Origin: an uncultured virus (IMG/VR IMGVR_UViG_3300044647_000866)
Lineage: Duplodnaviria; Heunggongvirae; Uroviricota; Caudoviricetes
DNA: 64,000 nucleotides
Reading direction: 5' to 3' (one strand)
IMG/VR virus record: IMGVR_UViG_3300044647_000866
How positions within the stretch are numbered: position 1 is the first letter of the stretch; every line of letters begins with the position of its first letter. The position numbers and the translations under genes were made by a program. The notes under the pieces were generated by a model, which saw nothing but the letters and a program-made list of their open reading frames with translations, did not search any database and was not told the origin of the DNA. Positions 54,365-62,882 of this stretch are shown here, piece by piece.

Positions 54365-56344
54365 TTAGGCTACCCGCCGGGTGTCACCGGCCTTCAACTG
54401 CTCGATCACCTTACGCAGAGCGATTGAGTGCAGGTCGCCAGCGTGGCGTACCGCCGCACCAAACTCGTACGCCTGACTGAGCAGGTCATTCGACGTGCCG
54501 ATGCCGAAGGCGATGACCTCGACATCGAACATCGCCTTGCTGCAGCGCGTCATCTGCAGCACCTTCTGGGACTCGCCGAAGCCGTCGGTGATAACGATCA
54601 CCAGACGCCGGCCCGACTTACGCTGCGACAGTTGTTGAACAACTGCGCGTAGGCAGGTGTAGTCCGGGGTGCCGCCGCTCGCGATCTGTCCCATCCTCAC
54701 GAAGTGATGAGGGACTTGGCCAGCACGATCCTCGAAGCGCTTGGCGACCACGAGGACGCCGGCACGGGACGAGTCTCTATCATTGCCGCCCAGCAGATTC
54801 CCGAACATGTCGCGACCGCCGCCGTACTGGACGTGGTCGTAGGTGCTGGGTGATCGGAAGCCAACCACCTCACACTCAGCGCCAGCCGTCTCTGCGGCCT
54901 GAGCGATCGTCCAAGCAAGTTGGGCGGCGTTCTTGGCGTTCTGTCCGGCCATCGAGCCAGACATGTCGACCATGATGGACACCGAAGTCTCGATGCCCTC
55001 GCTGACCCAGCGGCGCTTGAAGACCGACTCGCTACCGCTCAGCATGCGCGGCGCACGGCGGCCATCGAACCGGCCACTGACCGACCCGCTGTCCCAGCCG
55101 CAACGCTCAGGAGCCTTGAGGATCTGGTACAGACGCGATTTCAGCGCCGGCAACACCGTCTTCGACAGCGTACGCGCTGCTCGACGCAGTCCGGCATCGT
55201 CCTTCTGCATCGATGTCCAGCGGCGCATTTCACTGCGGCCCGGAGGCGGGGCAGACGCCAACGAGATCGGCACCATCGTGCGCTCACGGATACGCTTGAA
55301 CACGTCATCGATGTCAGGCTCAGGCGACTTGCACAACTGTTCGTCGTACTGTTCCTGCCTGTCCTCGTACGGCTCATCGCCGCCGTTGTTGGTGACAGCC
55401 TCGCCGTCCTCGCCTTCGTCGTCTCCGGACTCGATAGGCATAGGAGCGCTGTCGGCCTCGCCGGCTTCAGTCGTCTCAGACATCTCAGCCTCAGCCTGAG
55501 CGAGTTCAGCAGCATCGCTGTCGCCGTCTTCGGAACCGAACGACTCGTCGGAGTCTCCCGACTCAGAGTCGTCGTCTTCCGACTGTTGTGGCTGTTGTGA
55601 CTGTTGCTGCTCCCACGGCTGCCGGCTGTCGGCACTCTGGTCGACAGGCTCGATGGCCTTCCAGCCTTCGAGGAACTGCATCGCCAGCCCCAGCGCTTGG
55701 CCAGTGCCGTCGCGATCCAGCGACAGGCTTGGCATCGCGTCAGCGACCGCCTTGTACAGGCTGCGCTTCGGCTCCGGGATTCGGTCGAGCAGTTTCTTGG
55801 CGAAACCGTTGCCGTCACCCAGCGCGGCCCGACTGATCAGCGCGAGCGCGAATGGCGCACTGTTGATCGATGTCGGGTTGAACTTGTCATCGAGTTTGGA
55901 CGTGAACTGCGACATCAGTCGCTTGAACCCAGACCGCGCACCGTTTGCGCGACCGGACGCAATCACCGCATGCTCGATGCGACCGTCCTCGATTCCGTTC
56001 CACAGATTCCGCAGCAGAGAATACTCCGGGCCTGAGTACCGGAGTAGGCTGCTTTGGTCGGTGTACGCGACGTGCCCGACCTCGTGGCTGGTGTAGGCCG
56101 CGATCAGGTCTGCCTCGATGCGCGACACGAACGAGTTGTCGGGCATGCTGGGGTAGTTGATGCGGTAGGTCATCACCCTGCTACGGTCGGAAGTGAGCGC
56201 CCACTGGGCGAAGGCAATCTCGCCGCCGAAGGTGACAGTGCCGGCCCCTGAGAACACGGCATCGCTGCCCAGCAGCGCTCGCAGTTGCTTCTGCGAGTGG
56301 ACAAGTGCCGCGGCCTTGACGGTCGCCGATTTAATCTTTTGCAT
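54365..56344 (-). CDS. CobT-like protein: HExxH domain, acidic linker, vWA domain
   Basis: HEVGH...NGIEDGRIE; D/E/S-rich linker; MIDAS DMSGSM, GGTP and VITDG. Confidence 0.85.
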   Translation of the reverse strand: MQKIKSATVKAAALVHSQKQLRALLGSDAVFSGAGTVTFGGEIAFAQWALTSDRSRVMTYRINYPSMPDNSFVSRIEADLIAAYTSHEVGHVAYTDQSSLLRYSGPEYSLLRNLWNGIEDGRIEHAVIASGRANGARSGFKRLMSQFTSKLDDKFNPTSINSAPFALALISRAALGDGNGFAKKLLDRIPEPKRSLYKAVADAMPSLSLDRDGTGQALGLAMQFLEGWKAIEPVDQSADSRQPWEQQQSQQPQQSEDDDSESGDSDESFGSEDGDSDAAELAQAEAEMSETTEAGEADSAPMPIESGDDEGEDGEAVTNNGGDEPYEDRQEQYDEQLCKSPEPDIDDVFKRIRERTMVPISLASAPPPGRSEMRRWTSMQKDDAGLRRAARTLSKTVLPALKSRLYQILKAPERCGWDSGSVSGRFDGRRAPRMLSGSESVFKRRWVSEGIETSVSIMVDMSGSMAGQNAKNAAQLAWTIAQAAETAGAECEVVGFRSPSTYDHVQYGGGRDMFGNLLGGNDRDSSRAGVLVVAKRFEDRAGQVPHHFVRMGQIASGGTPDYTCLRAVVQQLSQRKSGRRLVIVITDGFGESQKVLQMTRCSKAMFDVEVIAFGIGTSNDLLSQAYEFGAAVRHAGDLHSIALRKVIEQLKAGDTRRVA

Positions 56345-56353
56345 GACGATTCC

Positions 56354-57571
56354 TCACGCCGCTTCGGGCGCATTTGGGGAGTTGACATCGACCACGTCGG
56401 GCGTGACGACAGGCGGCGCGAGACCAGCCATCGCGGCCTCGATACCAGCGTCCGACATGTTCGCTTTCCATATCTGCTGCAGGACTTCACGCGATTCAGG
56501 CGATGCTCGATTGACCATCGTCTGCTCGAATGCCAGTCGCGGCGGCACCTTGTCGGCCAGCGCCTCAGCAAGGTAGAACGCCTCGCGCAGCGTCGGGACA
56601 TGGTCGAGTTGGCTAGACTGACCAGCCTGCCGCATGACCGACAGCATGCTCACGATCAGCGTCGACAGGTTGCTGTGGACGCCAGTGCGGCTGCTGATGA
56701 CCTGCGCTTCGTCCGCCGATTGCAGGTAACTGAACTCGATCGTGCGAGCGAAGCGGTTGACGAACGCGACGTTCATCTCGCGCACCCCGGCGTACATGCC
56801 GGTGTAGTCGCCGCGACCGTTCGAGTTGTCCGCAGCCATGAACACCACGCCCGGAGCCTTGCGAATCACCTCGCCAGTCTCAGGCACCGTGACCACGCCC
56901 TCCGGCTCCAGCGGCGCATGCAGCGCCGACAGGTACTCAGGTCGAGCGAACGACACCTCGTCGAGCAGGATGACTGCACCGGGGCGCACGAAACCGCGCA
57001 GGATGATGCCGTGCTGGTAGACGGTCGAGCCGTTCTTGACACGCTCGCCGCCGATGAACTCGTAGCGCTCAGCACCGCTGTCGAACGACACGCGGACGAA
57101 GGCGCGACCAAGGCCAGCGCACAGGTTGCGCACGAACTCCGTCTTGCCGGTGCCGGCAGGGCCAGCCAGCCACACGTTGCGGCCACGGGCAACAGCCGTC
57201 ACAGCAGTGAACAGTTGCTCCGCGTTGAACTTGTACAACGGGTCGAGCGCGGGGGCTGCAGGGTCGTTGTAAACATCGACCTCGTACGCACCGTGCTTGC
57301 CGCGGATGCCGAAGACCTCGCGCAGCGACTTGCGAGCGACCACCTCGACGTTGGGCACCTCGACCGCCGCAGAAGGCGTAGGAGCCGCGATCGGTGCGAG
57401 GGAGCCTGAGATCAGGCCCATCGAGGAAATCGCCTCAGCGACCTTCTCCTGCGGCAGAGCGGCCACTTGCTCGATGAAGTCCTGCTTGGACTTGCGAGCG
57501 TAGTCGCCAGCGGAGCCGGACACCCGGCGAACCAACTCGACGAGTTGGGCCTTGGACATTTGGTTGATCAT
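56354..57571 (-). CDS. CobS/MoxR-like AAA+ ATPase
   Basis: GPAGTGKT, ILLDE, AADN..G.G...Y.G...N.AF.NRF; start moved to ATG 57571 with GAGG SD. Confidence 0.88.
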   Translation of the reverse strand: MINQMSKAQLVELVRRVSGSAGDYARKSKQDFIEQVAALPQEKVAEAISSMGLISGSLAPIAAPTPSAAVEVPNVEVVARKSLREVFGIRGKHGAYEVDVYNDPAAPALDPLYKFNAEQLFTAVTAVARGRNVWLAGPAGTGKTEFVRNLCAGLGRAFVRVSFDSGAERYEFIGGERVKNGSTVYQHGIILRGFVRPGAVILLDEVSFARPEYLSALHAPLEPEGVVTVPETGEVIRKAPGVVFMAADNSNGRGDYTGMYAGVREMNVAFVNRFARTIEFSYLQSADEAQVISSRTGVHSNLSTLIVSMLSVMRQAGQSSQLDHVPTLREAFYLAEALADKVPPRLAFEQTMVNRASPESREVLQQIWKANMSDAGIEAAMAGLAPPVVTPDVVDVNSPNAPEAA

Positions 57572-57591
57572 GGGAGCCTCACAGTTGTTGT

Positions 57592-57663
57592 TGATTGTCT
57601 GACCATCGTCAGGCAGCGCATCACGCTGCGACAGGGACGCCTCACGGCGAGCCTGTTTCGGTC
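57592..57663 (-). ncRNA. Hammerhead ribozyme, type II (one-U insertion variant)
   Basis: Minus strand GACC-GAAA-CAGG...CCUG-UC^GCAGCG-UGAUG-CGCUGC-CUGACGA-U-GGUC; loop I can pair with downstream AUCA; predicted cut after nt 57630. Confidence 0.85.
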
Positions 57664-57842
57664 TATCGGGCCATCTCCTTGATGCCCTTGATCCGGCCAT
57701 CGAAGTGGCCGAGTTGGTAGACGTAGGTGATCTGCGATCGAACGCAGGATTCAGACACCACGTAGCCATCTTTCGATGCCTGCTCGATGTACTTGAACAG
57801 TCGCTCGACAATCCGATCGACTTCTTCGTTTTCGTGTTTCAT
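57663..57842 (-). CDS. Hypothetical 59-aa protein (absent from ORF track)
   Basis: MKHENEEVDRIVERLFKYIEQASKDG...; GAGGAGG SD; stop abuts the ribozyme. Confidence 0.65.
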   Translation of the reverse strand: MKHENEEVDRIVERLFKYIEQASKDGYVVSESCVRSQITYVYQLGHFDGRIKGIKEMAR

Positions 57843-57946
57843 TGCGAATCCTCCTCATCCAGCCAACCGAAAGCGATGTATCCGGCCAGTGCGAACACGG
57901 CCAGTGCGAGCGCCATGCGTGGCGCGTAGAACAGGAATGCGTCCAT
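57839..57946 (-). CDS. 35-aa membrane peptide
   Basis: MDAFLFYAPRMALALAVFALAGYIAFGWLDEEDSQ*; GAGGTGA SD; ATGA coupling. Confidence 0.6.
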   Translation of the reverse strand: MDAFLFYAPRMALALAVFALAGYIAFGWLDEEDSQ

Positions 57947-57954
57947 CGATCACC

Positions 57955-58209
57955 TCACAGGTCGAACAGCGAGACGCTGGTGGAGCGCACTTCCGACACG
58001 ACTTCGGCGAGTTGCTCGTCGGTCAGAATCTTGCGCACCTTGGTCGAATCGATTCGGCTCGAAGCGCGTTCAGAGACGACGGCGCGGAAGACCTCGCCGC
58101 GGTACTCGCCAGCGCCAGAGTCGCGCAGGATTTTCTTGATGGCCTCAGCCTGCTGGTTGAGGGCGGAGATTTGTGCGTTGAGCGCACCCAGTTGGTCGAC
58201 GATCTGCAT
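57955..58209 (-). CDS. Hypothetical phage protein (N-terminal coiled-coil)
   Basis: IVDQLGALNAQISAL...EYRGEVFRAVV; GAGG SD. Confidence 0.72.
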   Translation of the reverse strand: MQIVDQLGALNAQISALNQQAEAIKKILRDSGAGEYRGEVFRAVVSERASSRIDSTKVRKILTDEQLAEVVSEVRSTSVSLFDL

Positions 58210-58227
58210 ATAGCCTCACAGTTGTGT

Positions 58228-58289
58228 TGATGTTGTTGGTCTCGTCAGTGGCAGCATCACTGCCAGACCGGCTCACGCCGGTTTCGACC
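58228..58289 (-). ncRNA. Hammerhead ribozyme, type II (canonical core)
   Basis: Minus strand GGUC-GAAA-CCGGC-GUGA-GCCGG-UC^UGGCAG-UGAUG-CUGCCA-CUGACGA-GACC; loop UGAUG complementary to downstream CAUCA; predicted cut after nt 58266. Confidence 0.93.
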
Positions 58290-58291
58290 TG

Positions 58292-58606
58292 TCAGAAGTT
58301 GTAGTCGTAGAACTTGACCGGCTCGTCGGACAGGCCATAGCGCCGCTTCGCGGCATCCTTCCAGCCGTGCTTGCCAAGGCGGATGCGGACAACGCGACCG
58401 TCCGGGTCGCTCTTGATCAGCCACTGCTGGCTGCTCTGGTTGACCACCGTGCCGAAGAAGCCGCCGGGGACAAAGTCAGGCTTCCACGAGGGGTCGCGCT
58501 CAGCCTTCATGGCGCGTATTTCGAGCGTCTTGTCGCTCACGCGCCGCACGATCTCGAAAGGGTTCACGTCGCTGTAGCCGTAGTGGTTGGCGTAGTTCAT
58601 GTTCAT
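58292..58606 (-). CDS. Hypothetical early phage protein
   Basis: YSDVNPFEIVRRVSDKT...FVPGGF...P.KFYDYNF; GGAG SD. Confidence 0.75.
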   Translation of the reverse strand: MNMNYANHYGYSDVNPFEIVRRVSDKTLEIRAMKAERDPSWKPDFVPGGFFGTVVNQSSQQWLIKSDPDGRVVRIRLGKHGWKDAAKRRYGLSDEPVKFYDYNF

Positions 58607-58867
58607 CTCCAGTTGTTGTTAACAGTTGTGACTCAGTGCAGCGTCCTAAGCGAGGGCGCTCTACTCAGTCGCGAGATTGATTCTCCGGTTCGTTGGGCAT
58701 CGTCAGACTTTCGGGCGGCTGCTGTACTTGCAGGTCATTGCCTTCAACCCTACGGCTTCACCGATGCTTTAGGCCGGACTCCGTCTCAGGGAGCCGCCGG
58801 GCTGCTTGCGCTCATCCGGCACCAGAACCTTTGTTTGGGTGGCCCGTCTGGGAGGCCAGTGGTGCGT

Positions 58868-58896
58868 ATCCTGAACAGTTCCACAGTTGTTGTCAA
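58868..58896 (-). promoter_or_regulatory. Promoter of the leftward operon
   Basis: TTGACA-17-CAGGAT; perfect -35, weak -10. Confidence 0.55.
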
Positions 58897-58956
58897 CACT
58901 TGTTTCTGACAAATGTCGAAATAGGTGATTTCCCCTAGGAAAATAGGAGTTCCGAG

Positions 58957-59151
58957 ATGATGAAGGGCAAAATGCACGGCAAGAAGCACGGTTCGAAGCA
59001 CGGGCGCAGCGAGATGCGAGCGCTGAAGCGTGGCGGTGCGAGCAAGGCTGTTGTGGCCGAAGAGGCCGCGGAGTACGGCATGAAGCATGGCGGCATGGTC
59101 GGCAGCGGCTGCGGTGGATACCGCGGCAAGCAGGACTACGGCAAGCGCTGA
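58957..59151 (+). CDS. Small basic G/K/H-rich protein
   Basis: AGGAG SD; MKHGGMV motif. Confidence 0.65.
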   Translation: MMKGKMHGKKHGSKHGRSEMRALKRGGASKAVVAEEAAEYGMKHGGMVGSGCGGYRGKQDYGKR

Positions 59152-59300
59152 TGCCCGGACTGTACGAGAACATTTGGAAAAAGCGCCGCCGCATCGCCGC
59201 AGGAAGCGGGGAATCGATGCGCAAGCCCGGAACTAAGAGCGCACCCAGCGCTGCAGACTTCCGGAAGGCCTCTAAGACAGCGAAGCGCGGCAAGAAGTGA
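59151..59300 (+). CDS. Small basic protein, 49 aa (absent from ORF track)
   Basis: MPGLYENIWKKRRRIAAGSGESMRKPGTKSAPSAADFRKASKTAKRGKK*; TGATG coupling. Confidence 0.72.
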   Translation: MPGLYENIWKKRRRIAAGSGESMRKPGTKSAPSAADFRKASKTAKRGKK

Positions 59301-59917
59301 GCGAGGGTGAGGCAGTGAGTCAGACCAAGCGTGAGGAAAAACGCCGCGCCGCAAGGGAGCGGAAGGACGCGATCCAGCAGCAGGAGTTGTCCATCGAGAG
59401 GGAGAGAGAGCAGGCAGCCTTCAAGGCACTGCAGGAGTCCAGACAGAAGGGAATCATGGGGAGACCCAGTTCCTACACAGACGAGAGGGCAGACGAACTC
59501 TGCACATGGATCGCACAGGGGAACAGCCTGCGCAGTTTCTGCAAGATCCACGGGATGGAAGCCCAGACGGTGTACCGGTGGATGCGGGAGCGCCCCGACT
59601 TCCAGCAACGCTACGCCCGCGCACACGAGGATCGTGCCGACAGTCTGGCCGACGAGATGTGCGACATCGCCGACGAGGTGGCCGCCAACGGGGGCAGCAT
59701 CGAGGCCGTACAGGCCGCCCGACTGCGGATCGACACCCGCAAGTGGATTGCCGCCAAGTTGCGACCGGGCAGGTGGGGGGAGGTGCAGGCACCCAAGGCG
59801 CAGACCGCCGTCACGTTCAAGATCGGACTGCCCCTCATGGACAGGGGTGGGGGTGGAATCACAATAGACGCTACCCCTGTTGCTGAGGCGCTCCCAGACG
59901 GGGCAGAGGCGGCCTAA
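59297..59917 (+). CDS. terS: Terminase small subunit (Sf6 gp1-like)
   Basis: GRPSSYT....DE.C..IA.G.SLRS.C...TVYRW...F...YARA...IADE...RLRIDTRKW.AAKL.P. Confidence 0.85.
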   Translation: MSEGEAVSQTKREEKRRAARERKDAIQQQELSIEREREQAAFKALQESRQKGIMGRPSSYTDERADELCTWIAQGNSLRSFCKIHGMEAQTVYRWMRERPDFQQRYARAHEDRADSLADEMCDIADEVAANGGSIEAVQAARLRIDTRKWIAAKLRPGRWGEVQAPKAQTAVTFKIGLPLMDRGGGGITIDATPVAEALPDGAEAA

Positions 59918-60271
59918 TAGCGGATCGCGCACTCCTTTAATGGCATGGCAGACCCCCCTCCGGCCTGCCGTCCAGCGGCGGCATCCGGCCCCCGCCAGCG
60001 GCCCATCGAGCGCGACGGGGGGTGGCTTTGGTTCCACCACACATACCTACTCACACGCACTGGTCGACTCCGGTCGTGACCCCCTGCTGGCCACTGAGCT
60101 GCAGGCCGGGGGGCTATGTTGGCCGGCTACAAAATTTTTTTGCGGCTGCCCTTTAGGCGGTCGATGTACCCAATCGGTCACTGGGCACCCTCCTCATCGC
60201 CCAAAGTCAGGTCGCCTCCCCTGACGGTAGTGACGCGGGATGTCGTAACCCGCACTTACTAGGGGGTTCGC

Positions 60272-60574
60272 ATGATTCCGAAAGAGTTCTCGATCATGGG
60301 CTGCACGGTGACTGTCGAGATCCTCAGTGACGAGGAGTGGCAGCACGAGGGGGCGGTCGGGTTGTATGACCCGTCCCGTCACAGCATCAAGCTGTTGAAG
60401 TCAAATCAGCAGATGATGGAACACACGTACTTTCATGAGCTGGTGCATTGCATCCTGCATACGATCGGCAGAACAAAGCTGTCTGATGATGAGGAGCTGG
60501 TGGACATGGTCGCAGGACTGTTACATCAGTCTGTTAAGACAGCTGTGTATCCGAACAACAAAAAGGGCAAATGA
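60272..60574 (+). CDS. Small zincin-like metallopeptidase-fold protein
   Basis: GLYD.....I.L...HTYFHELVHCIL...EELVD. Confidence 0.7.
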   Translation: MIPKEFSIMGCTVTVEILSDEEWQHEGAVGLYDPSRHSIKLLKSNQQMMEHTYFHELVHCILHTIGRTKLSDDEELVDMVAGLLHQSVKTAVYPNNKKGK

Positions 60575-60577
60575 GGC

Positions 60578-61654
60578 ATGGTTAGAAAATTTAGTGATGA
60601 GGAGCTGTTGGCTTCTCTTGAGCGCAACCGGTATGTGAGATCTGAGACTGCTCTTGAGCTGGGGATCTCTGTCAGGAACCTGATCATGCATATCGGCAGG
60701 CTGAAGGCGGCTGGGGTAAAAATCCCTGACACGTCTTACCCGATCGGGCATCAGACCCGCAGCTTCGAGGACAAGAAGCAGCAGTTCGAGATCAAGGAGC
60801 TGCCGGACGACGACGTCTCCGTCGAGGAGCTGGTTCAGATCCGCAAGCGGCAGTTCGCTGCCAAGAAGAGCCATGAAGAGGCGGCCAAGCTCATCCCGGT
60901 CAAGATCAAGATTGATGGCGCTGTAGGCCTCCTGCACTTCGGTGACCCGCACGTCGACGACGACGGCACGGACATTGCCGCCTTGGAGCGCCACACCAAG
61001 CTGGTGTCGGACACGCCGGGGTTGTTTGCCTGCAACGTGGGCGACACCCTGAACAACTGGACGGGCCGGTTGGCCCGGTTGTACGGCGAGCAGGCTACGT
61101 CAGCGGCGCAGGCATGGCGTCTGGCGGAATGGTTCGTCGGACGCTGCGACTGGCTGTACATGATTGGGGGAAACCACGACCTGTGGTCTGGCGCTGGAGA
61201 CCCGCTGAAGTGGATCGCAAAGCAGCAAAACGCCTTGTACAAATCCTCAGAGGCACGCATAGCCTTGAGGTTTCCAAATGGGCAAGAGGTGCGTGTGAAC
61301 GCACGCCACGATCATGTCGGCTCCTCGATATGGAACCCAGCCCACGGGCCGATGAAGGCCGCGATCATGGGCACGCGAGATCACCTGTACGTCGCCGGAC
61401 ATAAACACGAGTCGGCGTACTCAGTGCTGAAAGACCCCATCAGCGGGATCACGATGCATGCACTGAAGGTTTCGAGCTACAAGATCTACGACCGTTTCGC
61501 AAAGGAGCGCGGGTTCAGGGACAATACGCTCAGTCCTTGTGCGCTGACTGTGATTAACCCATCCCTTCCGAATTCGCACCCAGACCTGATCAAGGTCTTC
61601 TGGGAACCGGAGGAAGGCGTCAACTATCTTAACTTCTTGCGGAAGAAGAAATAA
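60578..61654 (+). CDS. Calcineurin-like metallophosphoesterase with N-terminal HTH
   Basis: GDPH, GD, GNHD, RHDH and GHKH metal-binding motifs in order. Confidence 0.82.
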   Translation: MVRKFSDEELLASLERNRYVRSETALELGISVRNLIMHIGRLKAAGVKIPDTSYPIGHQTRSFEDKKQQFEIKELPDDDVSVEELVQIRKRQFAAKKSHEEAAKLIPVKIKIDGAVGLLHFGDPHVDDDGTDIAALERHTKLVSDTPGLFACNVGDTLNNWTGRLARLYGEQATSAAQAWRLAEWFVGRCDWLYMIGGNHDLWSGAGDPLKWIAKQQNALYKSSEARIALRFPNGQEVRVNARHDHVGSSIWNPAHGPMKAAIMGTRDHLYVAGHKHESAYSVLKDPISGITMHALKVSSYKIYDRFAKERGFRDNTLSPCALTVINPSLPNSHPDLIKVFWEPEEGVNYLNFLRKKK

Positions 61655-61887
61655 TGGAACTTCAAGCTGTCTTTAACGTAGTCCTTGGCCTGTCAGCAAC
61701 AGGCTTGGGATGGTTCGCTAGAGAACTCTGGTCTGCGGTAAGTGGTCTTAAATCGGACATCGCGAAACTGAGGGAAGACATCCCAAGATATTACGTCTCG
61801 AAAGATGACTACCGCGAAGACATCCGTGAATTGAAAGGCATGTTAGAAAAGATCTTCGACCGGCTAGAGAACAAGGCAGACAAGTGA
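61654..61887 (+). CDS. TM plus coiled-coil lysis-region protein
   Basis: GLGWFARELW..V..LK.D...YVSKDDYR.D...IFDRLENKADK. Confidence 0.7.
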   Translation: MELQAVFNVVLGLSATGLGWFARELWSAVSGLKSDIAKLREDIPRYYVSKDDYREDIRELKGMLEKIFDRLENKADK

Positions 61888-61894
61888 GGCAATC

Positions 61895-62308
61895 ATGAGC
61901 GAGGCAAGCGAAATTGAAATGTTCAAGGCAAAGGTTCAGGCAGAACTGAATCGCCTTGAAGCTGGCTCTTCTGCAAAAGATGTGGCAGGCAAGGCTATTG
62001 GAAAGGATGGCCTGAAATACATAACGGTCATTGTTGTGATCGGAGTTGTATCTAGCCTTGCATTGGACTCCGACAAGATCGCCGCCGTAATGGGACTTCT
62101 TGGCGCTTCCCTTACCGCATTGATTTCAATGCTGAATGGGATTGCAGGCGCGAATGAAAAAGAAGAGAAGCCTGAGTTTGGCGTTATCAAAGAGCTGATA
62201 TCGAAGCTTGATAAGCTGGATCGCAAAGAGATGCCAATGCGTGTTGACGTGGAAGGCGATCATGTGACCGTCACCAAAGGCGAAGATGTAGTGAGGGCAA
62301 GCAAATGA
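61895..62308 (+). CDS. Two-TM membrane protein
   Basis: Hydrophobic segments ITVIVVIGVV and AAVMGLLGASLTALISML. Confidence 0.65.
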   Translation: MSEASEIEMFKAKVQAELNRLEAGSSAKDVAGKAIGKDGLKYITVIVVIGVVSSLALDSDKIAAVMGLLGASLTALISMLNGIAGANEKEEKPEFGVIKELISKLDKLDRKEMPMRVDVEGDHVTVTKGEDVVRASK

Positions 62309-62790
62309 TGACTCTGATTTCTACGCTGACTTCGTTCTTGGCCGGCGGCCTTCCGAAGTTGCTGGCCATTTTCCAAGATCGTCAGGACAAGAAGCACGAG
62401 CTTGCGATGATGAACGCTCAGAAAGAGAAAGAGCTTGCGCTTGTCGAGCGCGGGTATCTTGCTCAGGCAAAGGTCGAGGAGATCAAGCTTGAGCAAGTCT
62501 CTCTTCAGACTGCGATGGAAGAGCGCAGTGCGCTTTACCAGCACGACATGGAGATCGGCAAGGGAGCCTCGCAGTGGGTGATCAACCTGCGTGCGAGTGT
62601 TCGACCCGTGATTACTTACGGGATGTTCTTGCTGCTTGTGTTCGTTGACATCGCTGGCTTTGTGTACGCATGGCGTATGGGCACTGACTTCCAGATCATG
62701 CTCGACTACATGTGGGACGAAGACACCCAGATCATCTGGTCTAGCGTGATTGCATTCTGGTTCGGCACGCAAGCTTTCTCCAAGAAGTAA
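62305..62790 (+). CDS. Holin-like membrane protein (copy 2)
   Basis: 161 aa, colinear with 15152-15637. Confidence 0.7.
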   Translation: MMTLISTLTSFLAGGLPKLLAIFQDRQDKKHELAMMNAQKEKELALVERGYLAQAKVEEIKLEQVSLQTAMEERSALYQHDMEIGKGASQWVINLRASVRPVITYGMFLLLVFVDIAGFVYAWRMGTDFQIMLDYMWDEDTQIIWSSVIAFWFGTQAFSKK

Positions 62791-62792
62791 CG

Positions 62793-62882
62793 ATGCACCT
62801 CCTCCTTCTGATATGGCTGCTGCCATACTTCGAGGATTCCGACTCTGAGATCTCTGAAGAAGTCTGGAAGGACTGGCAATGA
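62793..62882 (+). CDS. 29-aa micro-ORF between holin and endolysin
   Basis: MHLLLLIWLLPYFEDSDSEISEEVWKDWQ*; ATGA overlap with lysozyme. Confidence 0.55.
   Translation: MHLLLLIWLLPYFEDSDSEISEEVWKDWQ

Noticed and set aside
54365..57571. cobS/cobT as cobalamin auxiliary metabolic genes
   Set aside because: No cobN or pathway context; generic MoxR-vWA pair.
57572..57811. 80-aa N-terminal extension of the AAA+ ORF in the track
   Set aside because: It runs through a hammerhead and another gene; the SD supports ATG 57571.
58685..58715. Possible third hammerhead (GAAAGUCUGACGA...GAAC on the minus strand)
   Set aside because: Core elements lack the required stems I-III.
58769..60040. 423-aa minus-strand ORF
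   Set aside because: Antisense to terS and two small genes; low-complexity translation.
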